Below are positions 1 to 7,165 of a DNA stretch of 32,000 nucleotides, in pieces. Position 1 is the first letter of the stretch. Each line of letters begins with the position of its first letter. The position numbers were made by a program, and so were the translations under genes. The notes beneath the pieces are model-generated. The model was not told where the DNA came from, ran no database searches, and saw nothing but the letters and a program-made list of their open reading frames with translations. Source of the stretch: Methanopyrus kandleri AV19 (lineage in GTDB: Archaea; JAADCQ01; Methanopyri; Methanopyrales; Methanopyraceae); the NCBI RefSeq assembly GCF_000007185.1, contig NC_003551.1, forward strand, positions 1,230,001 to 1,262,000, in the 5' to 3' direction.

Positions 1-1194
1 CGGGACGAACTCGCCACGCGGATCGCCCGGAACTGCGTGACGGGTCGGCCTTCGCTCTCCCGTCAGGACCGGATCGACCGCGTCCTCACGCACCCGGTGT
101 GGGGCACGCTCATCGCCCTGGGCGTGCTCGGGACGGTGTTCGCGTCGGCGTTCCTCCTGGGCGACCCGCTCTCCGAGCTCGTGGAGGGGGCGTTCGAACA
201 CCTCGCCGGGTTCGCCCGAAGTCTGCCCGCGCCATGGTCCGACCTACTCGCCGAGGGCGTGATCCCCGGCGTGGGAACCGTGCTCGCCATGTACCCGTAC
301 GTGTTCGTCATGCTACTACTCCTCACCGTGCTCGAGGATGCCGGCTACACGGCCCGCCTCGCCGCCTTAGCGTCCGGCCTGCTCGCCCGCTTCGGTCTCC
401 ACGGCAAGACCGTGTTCCCCGCCGTCCTGTCCCTCTCCTGCAACGTACCCGCGATCACGGCGAGCCGGATCATCGAGGACGAACGGGCCCGCCTGCTGAC
501 CGCGATCGTCGTGCCGCTGATCCCCTGCGGTGCCCGTCTCGAGGTGATCACGTTCCTCACGGCGAAGCTACCGGACCCCTGGCGCGTACCGGCCGCCGTT
601 TCCATCTACGTCGTCGCCCTCTCGCTGTTCGTGGCCACGTCCTACATCCTACACCGCCTCCTCTTCGGCAAGCCGGAGCCCCACCGCGGGCACGTGATCG
701 AGCTCCCACGCCTCCGTAAGCCGCACCTACGCACGGTGCTCACCGTCACCTGGCTGCGCTCGAACGAGTTCCTCCAGAAGGCCGGCACGATCATCCTGGC
801 GGCCTCGGTCCTGCTCTGGGTCGCCACCCGATACCCGGAGCCGCTGGGCACCGGCGGGAGCGCGATCGAGCTCGTCGGTAAGGCCCTCGAGCCGGTGACG
901 GTGGCCCTCCTGGGGCTGGACTGGAAGGGGGCCGTGGCGCTCCTCAACGGGATCGTCGCGAAGGAGATCGTCATCTCCACCCTCGCCATGCTGCACGCGC
1001 ACCTCACGCCCGAGAACGCCTACGTGCTCACCCTGGTGAGCGCGCTGTACATCCCGTGTGCCGCCACGATAGGTGCGGTCTACTCGGAGACCGGTTCCAT
1101 GAGGTACGCCGCACTCTCCGTCGCGGCGAACCTGTCCCTCGCGACCCTGGTCGGCGCGGCCGTGCACCACGCGCTCGTGGCACTCGGCGGCTGA
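1..1194 (+). CDS. feoB: FeoB-type ferrous iron transporter, C-terminal membrane (Gate) portion; 5' end lies outside the window
   Basis: Frame is open from base 3 upstream of the listed GTG at 37 (RDELATRIARNCVTG...). FeoB-like segments: DRIDRVLTHPVWGTLI, GLHGKTVFPAVLSLSCNVPAITASRIIEDERARLLTAIVVPLIPCGARLEVITFL, WKGAVALLNGIVAKEIVISTLAML, and multiple hydrophobic helices. No GTPase domain is visible in the window. Confidence 0.85.
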   Translation, partial: RDELATRIARNCVTGRPSLSRQDRIDRVLTHPVWGTLIALGVLGTVFASAFLLGDPLSELVEGAFEHLAGFARSLPAPWSDLLAEGVIPGVGTVLAMYPYVFVMLLLLTVLEDAGYTARLAALASGLLARFGLHGKTVFPAVLSLSCNVPAITASRIIEDERARLLTAIVVPLIPCGARLEVITFLTAKLPDPWRVPAAVSIYVVALSLFVATSYILHRLLFGKPEPHRGHVIELPRLRKPHLRTVLTVTWLRSNEFLQKAGTIILAASVLLWVATRYPEPLGTGGSAIELVGKALEPVTVALLGLDWKGAVALLNGIVAKEIVISTLAMLHAHLTPENAYVLTLVSALYIPCAATIGAVYSETGSMRYAALSVAANLSLATLVGAAVHHALVALGG

Positions 1195-1272
1195 ACCCGC
1201 CGTCACCTTATTTTTCCGTGAACGGGGTCCTGAGATCCGCCAGGTAACGCCCCTTATCGCCCCCGGAGGGAG

Positions 1273-1345
1273 CCCGGCCGATGAGGAGTGGCGCCGGGAT
1301 GAGGGTCTCCCGATGACCGGGGGTAACGGGAGCTGAGGCTCACGA
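1273..1345 (+). repeat. Copy E1 of a recurrent intergenic motif
   Basis: cccggccgatgaggagtggcgccgggatgagggtctcccgatgaccgggggtaacgggagctgaggctc. Shares GGCCGATGnGGAGTGGC and CCGATGACC..GGGTAACGGG with copy E2. Confidence 0.5.
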
Positions 1346-1754
1346 GGCGGTGTATATTCATCGGGCGGTCGGGGTGACCCCATCTCGAGGGCGGGTTCAA
1401 CACCGCGATCTCGTCCCAATCGACGCTGGAACCTCACTTCGGCGCTCCTTGCTCGACCTCGGATTCACATCCAAGCCGTCACCACGGGGATCGACCTTCA
1501 CGACGGCGAGCCCGCGCTTCGGCACACGTCGTTCGATCCTGAAACCGAATTGTTTCCACGTTCACTTCGATCCGTCGGCGTCCGTCAGGGTTCGAGGTCG
1601 GGCGCCGCGGGGGGAGGGCGGCACTGCTTAAATAGCCCATTGACCCTACCTCGCCGCGACTTAGCCGGCAGTCGGGCAGGCCACGCTGCACCGTAAAAGA
1701 GGAATGAGGAGGCCGAGGAACGCCGATCGATGACGAGGGTCGGTGTTCCCGACC

Positions 1755-2141
1755 TCACTCCAGACGTTTCAGCAGGTTCCTCAGCATCTTCGTGTGCCGC
1801 TCCTCGTCGTGCGCGGTACTGATCAGGTACGCCCGTACGTCCTCGCTCATCTCGTCCCCGTACTCCTCGATCACGTTCCTCCTGAGCTCGGCGGCCTGCG
1901 CCTCCCGCTCCGCCAGTCGCTCGACCTCCGCCCTGATGTCCTCGCTCAGCTTCCCGGCGATCCGAGCCACGATCGCGGCGTGCCTCAGCTCCTCGTCCGC
2001 GATCTTCCTGAACGTCTCGGCGACCTCGGACATGCCCGCCTCCTCCGCCAATCCTGCCAGCGTACGGTACACGGTCACGGCCTCGCTCTCGTTCTTGAAC
2101 CATCTCTCGAGATGCTCCTCCAGTCCGGGCATGGGTACCAC
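1755..2141 (-). CDS. Ferritin-like / rubrerythrin-like diiron-fold protein
   Basis: 128 aa, with helical EExxH-type motifs: FKNESEAVTVYRTLAGLAEEAG, ADEELRHAAI, STAHDEERHTKMLRNLLKRLE. Confidence 0.75.
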   Translation of the reverse strand: MVPMPGLEEHLERWFKNESEAVTVYRTLAGLAEEAGMSEVAETFRKIADEELRHAAIVARIAGKLSEDIRAEVERLAEREAQAAELRRNVIEEYGDEMSEDVRAYLISTAHDEERHTKMLRNLLKRLE

Positions 2142-2368
2142 CCGGGCCGGTCGGCGCGCGCGAGGCTATTATGAACTTCGATATCCTATAACGAGGAAAG
2201 TGATAAGGTGTGATCGGCTCGGGTCGGACCGACGGTTTTCTTACTGTTAACCCCCTCACGGGCCCGGTCCGCGGTCTCGGGTCGACCACCGGGGGCGGCG
2301 ACGCTGCCGACGATCTTCGCCGGAGAATTCGTATTCGAGGGATCTCGCCCACAGATCGGGCAACCGAC

Positions 2369-2420
2369 GACCGATGAAGACCGTTCCCCTTGGGGAACCC
2401 GATGACCGGAAGTCGCGGGG
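2369..2420 (+). repeat. Divergent copy E3 of the recurrent intergenic motif
   Basis: cgaccgatgaagaccgttccccttggggaacccgatgaccggaagtcgcgggg. Two CCGATGA words with a perfect 7-bp hairpin GTTCCCC-tt-GGGGAAC between them. Confidence 0.35.
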
Positions 2421-2450
2421 CGGAGGGGGTTCGAGGCGGCGAGGGGGCGT

Positions 2451-2984
2451 TCACCGCCTCGTCGCACCGGCCAGCGCCAGCACGCAGAGCGCCCCGAGGA
2501 TCACCAGCGGCGAGACCGGCACGTCGGCCATACCGCCGGTCTGCTCACCCCAGCGGTGCTGCTCACCCTCGTTCGGGCACGTGGACGACCCCGTGACCTT
2601 CAGCTCCCCTAGGTTCTTCACCAGCGTCTCGTAGCCGTCCTTTTCGACCTTCACCCATACGTAGTACGTACCCTCCTTACCCGGCGCGGTGAGTTTGGCC
2701 GTCACGTTACCCTCGGAGTCCGAGGTGACCTTAGCGTAGTGTCCCCGTTCCCAGTTCTCGGGCGGCGTGTCCTTGTGCTCCTCACCGGCTATCCTGACGA
2801 TCACCGAGGCGTCGGACACGGGCTCGCCCGTCGACGCGTCGACGACCTTAAACTTGACCTCCATCTCCTGGCACGCGTTGACCTCGGCGGGGTACTGAAC
2901 GTCCTTCACGTCCAACGTGCCCGCCGCCGCGGCGGGCGATAGGACCGCCAGCAGACCCAGAACGGCAGCCAGAACAACTCTCAA
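2451..2984 (-). CDS. Secreted, membrane-anchored protein with an Ig-like/carboxypeptidase-regulatory-like beta domain
   Basis: N-terminal signal peptide MRVVLAAVLGLLAVLSPAAAAG (TTG start), a middle segment (ASTGEPVSDASVIVRIAG...DSEGNVTAKLTAPGKEGTYYVWVKVEKDGYE), and a C-terminal hydrophobic anchor PLVILGALCVLALAGATRR. A TATA-like ttaatta lies upstream on the minus strand. Confidence 0.7.
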   Translation of the reverse strand: MRVVLAAVLGLLAVLSPAAAAGTLDVKDVQYPAEVNACQEMEVKFKVVDASTGEPVSDASVIVRIAGEEHKDTPPENWERGHYAKVTSDSEGNVTAKLTAPGKEGTYYVWVKVEKDGYETLVKNLGELKVTGSSTCPNEGEQHRWGEQTGGMADVPVSPLVILGALCVLALAGATRR

Positions 2985-3140
2985 GCCCGGTTCCCCGTAC
3001 TAAGCTGTTCGAACATGGGTAATTAAGGATAGTGGAGCTTTCCGTCACACCCGCGGTGTCACCGGTTCCCGACCGTGAGACGGCGCGGGCTCACCGGACC
3101 GTAAGTCAGAACTCGATCGATGCGATCGGGATACGGTGGA

Positions 3141-3210
3141 TCGGGCCGATGCGGAGTGGCCCTGCGGGGAGGTCCCGATGACCTCCGGGTAACGGGCCGA
3201 GGCCCGCTGA
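3141..3210 (+). repeat. Copy E2 of the recurrent intergenic motif
   Basis: tcgggccgatgcggagtggccctgcggggaggtcccgatgacctccgggtaacgggccgaggcccgctga. Contains GAGGTC-ccgat-GACCTC and CGGGCC-ga-GGCCCG. Confidence 0.5.
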
Positions 3211-3346
3211 AAGGTGACGCGGATGGGGAGGCCGAGGGGTGCCGAGCGGTGATGAAGGTGGCACAGGCCGACGGCGATCCCTTTGGACCCGGAACCAGCT
3301 CGCCGAACGATGATCTGACCCCTCTCTCGGAACGGTAGTGGGTGGC

Positions 3347-3400
3347 TCGGGGACGCCTGCCCCTCATCACCCTGTCAGTGCCCGAAGGGCTCCTCACCGG
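3347..3400 (-). ncRNA. Candidate C/D box sRNA B
   Basis: Minus strand: GTGAGGA-GCCCTTCGGGCA-CTGA-cagg-GTGATGA-GGGGCAGGCGTCC-CCGA. C' and D' are canonical; C and D each have one deviation. The D' guide is self-complementary, which weakens the case. Confidence 0.35.
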
Positions 3401-3417
3401 TGTTCCCGTTCGGAGGG

Positions 3418-3470
3418 TCGGAGCGGCACCGGTCATCACCGTTCAGTGGCCTAAAGGATCGTCATCCCCA
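3418..3470 (-). ncRNA. Candidate C/D box sRNA A
   Basis: Minus strand: GGGATGA-cgaTCCTTTAGGCCA-CTGA-acg-GTGATGA-CCGGTGCCGCT-CCGA. Same layout as its neighbour at 3347-3400; C' and D' are canonical. Confidence 0.4.
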
Positions 3471-4370
3471 CCCATCGGAGGCCGGTGGTTTAAGAGCGTG
3501 ATGCGGCCGTTCCCGGCTCCACGGGGCGCCACCGTATCGCGGATGTGTCGATCGCCGGACGCGACGTGGCGTCCAGCTTAGGACGTCGTCGGGTCAGGGC
3601 CTTCAGCAGCTTCTCGGGCGGTTCAGCGCCCACCAGGACGTGACGAGCCGGGTGGTGCGGTCGGTGGGGATCGGAAGACGCAACGGGTTTCCCCTGTTCT
3701 CCGGAGAGTGGATAGGTGGCCCTCTCCGCGGGCCGGGGGTATCCGAGTCGTAATTTGATGTTTCTGGATATCAATACCGTGTTGTGGTGGCGCCGGTCGC
3801 CGTCTCATTATCGTTCGACGACGTGCAGGCCGCGGGCCGCGTCGGTGTCTCGAAGGGAAGACACCGGGGGACACGTGAGTCCCTTCCGGTGGAAACTCGG
3901 CGGACCCACGGCTTAAGGGGTCTCCAACCGTCGGAGGGGAGCGCTCCGTACGGCCCTCCCGGTCCCAGGTGAGGGACCCCCGTGCGGCGAGGACGGATTC
4001 CCCTCGGGCCTCGAGGTACGAGGGACCCGGCCCGACATCCGCCGTGAGATGGTACGCACGTGTTCGGGGCGGATGCCGTGGGTCCGATCCCGAGGTGGCG
4101 GGTGAGGCGGCTCGGGGAGAACCCGGGTGACGCACGAGCTGCGCGGGGAGGTCGGGGGTCGGCGGGTACCCACACGGTTCCCCGGGTCCTGAATACGGTT
4201 GCTTTACCCGGGTAGGTCGAAGGAAGGAGGACCGTCCGGAAGCAGAAGAAGCAGGAACAGTGTCAGGGGTTCCAACCGTCCAACCCCGACCGTCTACCCG
4301 CGACGAGATCACGATACCGTCCGACCGGGTCCGGGCCGGCACGCGGACCGACCCGTCATCTCCCGGTGGC

Positions 4371-5432
4371 TCAGCGGCGCCTCCTCAGGAAGTCGAACAG
4401 CCTGTGCAGGTCGTCTTCGGGCGTTTTCAGATCTTCCAGGCATCCCTCGAGCTTCTGCGCTATCTCGACGACGGGATCGATCTCCTCCGGTCTGGCGCGA
4501 CCGATGATCTCGCGCTCGTGCTCGCGGAGCCACTCCTTGAAGCTCCCGTCCTTGTCCCTGTGGTAGACCGGTAGTCGATCTCGCAACGTCAGGGTCGCGA
4601 GGTAGGAGGCTAACCCGATACCGTCCGCGGGCAGGTCGTGCTCCACGCCCTCCTTCCAGTCCTCCATCCAACCCTCCTCGACCGCCACGACGAAGGGCAC
4701 CGTCCCCGTGGCGTGCTCCGGGTTCAGGTGCTCCGAGTCGACCGCCGCCAGGACGGGTCGCTCCGTCTCGGTCAGCACGTGATCGGCTACCTCGGACGGT
4801 CCGGCGTCCTCAGGGGGAGGAGAGTGGTCGACTGTGGTGGCGAGGACGCCGCAGGCGGAGTCGAAGACGTCCCTCCGGACGGCGGCGACACCGTAGCGGG
4901 TGCAGTGCACGTACACGTACCTACTGTCGGTCTGGACCACCACGCACTCGTGGTCGACCTCCACGTCTGGAGCCGTCCGCATCGGCCGGTGCTCCACGGG
5001 GGTCCGGTACACCGCGGAGAACGACAGTACGGTCCTCTTGGGCCCGTACGCGATCGGGACCTCCTCGAGGAGGTACGTCAGGATCGCGGCGGCCCAGCTG
5101 GCGTCCGGGGGTCTGACCGTCGACGGCACGACCGGCAGGCCCACGTCCCTCAGGTCCTCGACGGCCGGGCTCAGGAGGCTTCCCAGCTCCATGGGTCTAC
5201 TGTCCCTCTCGACGTCGAACGGGTCAAGATCATGGCCGAGTGCTATCAAGTACTCGAGGGCCGCGGCCTCCGACGGGTGGAGGTGGTCGACCCTACCGTC
5301 GCCGTCCACGTCCTTCAGGAACTGGGTCCTGGGGACGTACACGGGCGCCAACGGTTCCGCTCGGAGGGGGAACTCGGGGTCCCCGCGCGGGGAGCTCATG
5401 AGCTCCTTCAACCGTATCGACCCCCCGTCCAT
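4371..5432 (-). CDS. Uncharacterised protein; ORF is open to 5555 but the likely start is the ATG at 5432
   Basis: Coherent sequence from MDGGSIRLKELMSSPRGDPEFPL onward, an acidic Ca-loop-like segment FLKDVDGDGRVDHL, and a charged C-terminus ending FDFLRRRR. The part upstream of 5432 is low-complexity and looks non-coding. Confidence 0.6.
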   Translation of the reverse strand: MDGGSIRLKELMSSPRGDPEFPLRAEPLAPVYVPRTQFLKDVDGDGRVDHLHPSEAAALEYLIALGHDLDPFDVERDSRPMELGSLLSPAVEDLRDVGLPVVPSTVRPPDASWAAAILTYLLEEVPIAYGPKRTVLSFSAVYRTPVEHRPMRTAPDVEVDHECVVVQTDSRYVYVHCTRYGVAAVRRDVFDSACGVLATTVDHSPPPEDAGPSEVADHVLTETERPVLAAVDSEHLNPEHATGTVPFVVAVEEGWMEDWKEGVEHDLPADGIGLASYLATLTLRDRLPVYHRDKDGSFKEWLREHEREIIGRARPEEIDPVVEIAQKLEGCLEDLKTPEDDLHRLFDFLRRRR

Positions 5433-5657
5433 GTGTAAGGATGAGCGTGCGGACAGGTGCGGGCCCGGCGCCCCGGCGGGATCACGGGCGGCACCGGGAC
5501 CGGGAACCTGCAACCCCTCACCGCGCTCCCGTCCGTGGTCACCGCCGCGCTCCACGGTGAACGTCGCCGAGGTCCTCGCCTCGCCGTACGGACCCTCGTG
5601 CTCAACCCGTGGACGGCTTTCCGGGGGCGGTCGGGGGGAGGAGAGAAAAAGGGAAGT

Positions 5658-5801
5658 TCACTCGAGCTTGTGGGCGAGTCGTCGTAGGCCGTATCGTCCG
5701 AGGTAGTGGAACCCGAGTCCGAGTGCCGCCAGGGTAGCGACCGCGAAGGCCAGTGCCGTGAGGCACACGAGACCCTCCACCACGGACAAGGGAACCCTCA
5801 C
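5658..5801 (-). CDS. Small predicted membrane protein (47 aa), below the size cut-off of the supplied ORF track
   Basis: Manual translation gives MRVPLSVVEGLVCLTALAFAVATLAALGLGFHYLGRYGLRRLAHKLE*. GTG start with a purine-rich ggggaggga just upstream, one hydrophobic helix and a basic tail. Confidence 0.5.
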   Translation of the reverse strand: MRVPLSVVEGLVCLTALAFAVATLAALGLGFHYLGRYGLRRLAHKLE

Positions 5802-6209
5802 TCCCTCCCCACCCTCACGCAGGAGCATCGCGCCGGGGGTTCACGGCTGAGGATGGAATGGGTGGATGTATCGACATATTAATGTTTCGAAAACGGATCG
5901 CTGGTTCTGATCAGATGACGCTCCCCGCGCGGGTTCGACCCTGTCGACGACGGTGCGACGCTCACGGTCCGTCGGGCCCGCGCCGTGGGGTTGGTATGAG
6001 CGTTCACGTACGGTATGTCAATGACCGTATGATAAAAATCGTACTGTTTACTCACCACATACGTACGGTAATTCCACTACAGTAATACAACCGTCTAGGT
6101 TTTGAAAGGGCCGTGAAATTGCTAAAGTTTGGGTACAAACACTTGAGATATTCTTACCCACGCTAGTGCCGATCTTAACCCTGAACGATGGTATTACTAT
6201 CGTCCGCTG

Positions 6210-6241
6210 ATAGTATGTAATTCATGTGTGAATCATACTAT
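6210..6241. repeat. Extended imperfect hairpin
   Basis: ATAGTATG-ta-ATTCA-tgtg-TGAAT-CATACTAT: 8 bp, a 2-nt bulge, 5 bp and a 4-nt loop. Confidence 0.7.
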
Positions 6242-7009
6242 ATCGACATGAGCGTTAGTCGACGATAGTACGTGAACACTCTTACTAGCGTCACCGGCCG
6301 TGCCGCAGCTTCCAGCGCTGGAGTTCCAACTCCACGTCGGGTACCTCGTACCTCCCGTCGAGGAATCTCCTGCGCGAACGGATGATTCCAAGTACGAGGA
6401 GTAGTGGGCGGGCCATCCTCCGAGGGTCCTGATCACGAAGGATTCCAATCGGTCGGGGAGTTCCTCTAACACGTCCCGGATTCCGGGAGATCCCGCGGGT
6501 CTGGCGTCAAAGGCCAGCGCGAGCCCGCGGGCGAGTACTCGTCGGACCTTCTTGTACGGGAGGTCCGAGACCTCGGTCAGGAGGGTCTTGAGCACCGAGC
6601 GGAGGTTGCGCATGAGGTGTCGCGCGAGCTCGAGGACCTCTCCCCGATCCAGTGAGACCAACCACTCGACGAAGGAAACACTCTCGTTCTCGGACTTACC
6701 CAGGTAGAGAGTCCGCCCGTGCTTGAACCGGGAGTCGCGACGCCAACGGGCCACGTAGTACGGGCCGCAGGTGCTCCCGTTGACGGTCCGATAAGTAACC
6801 TCCAGACTCGGCTTCCTCCCCCGGCGGTAGACCTCCCTCAGGACTCGGAGTGTCCGGATCCGCTCGACCGGATCATGGGGTATCGGGATATGAGCGTGCG
6901 ATCCGACCAACCCCGGCACGTGATCCCCCGATGTGCCTCCAAATTGTATGGAGACAAGGGTAGAGTGGTACCCCAGGATATAATCTTTGTCATCACGATA
7001 GGGGACCAC
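6233..7009 (-). CDS. Uncharacterised protein with a GPYY...R...YLGK segment; C-terminal frame uncertain
   Basis: 258-aa ORF containing CGPYYVARWRRDSRFKHGRTLYLGKS. The last ~40 residues look non-native, while another frame over the same DNA reads FLDGRYEVPDVELELQRWKLRHGR* and stops at 6291-6293. Confidence 0.5.
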   Translation of the reverse strand: MVPYRDDKDYILGYHSTLVSIQFGGTSGDHVPGLVGSHAHIPIPHDPVERIRTLRVLREVYRRGRKPSLEVTYRTVNGSTCGPYYVARWRRDSRFKHGRTLYLGKSENESVSFVEWLVSLDRGEVLELARHLMRNLRSVLKTLLTEVSDLPYKKVRRVLARGLALAFDARPAGSPGIRDVLEELPDRLESFVIRTLGGWPAHYSSYLESSVRAGDSSTGGTRYPTWSWNSSAGSCGTAGDASKSVHVLSSTNAHVDIV

Positions 7010-7165
7010 GGCTCACCGGTCGAGTCGCACAGCCGATGAGCTCCTTCCATACAAGATGGGCCGACCTCACGACGCTCGGGGGCCCGAAAACCGCAACGTC
7101 TTTAAAAATACGTCTTTAAGTAAAGCGACCCATCCGGCGCGGACCCGACGCGTCCGGAGGGGGTC

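Noticed and set aside
1575-1610. tRNA-like GGTTCGAGG word
   Set aside because: No matching acceptor, D or anticodon arms around it. No convincing tRNA was found anywhere in the window.
1273-2420. Calling motifs E1-E3 C/D box sRNAs
   Set aside because: They have GATGA boxes, but CTGA boxes are missing or at non-canonical spacing (about 16 nt in E1, absent in E3), so they are reported only as unclassified motifs.
3059-4342. Several 60-239 aa ORFs on both strands (e.g. 3623..4342)
   Set aside because: Mutually overlapping, Arg/Pro/Gly-rich, no consistent codon usage. Treated as non-coding, though one cannot be excluded without homologs.
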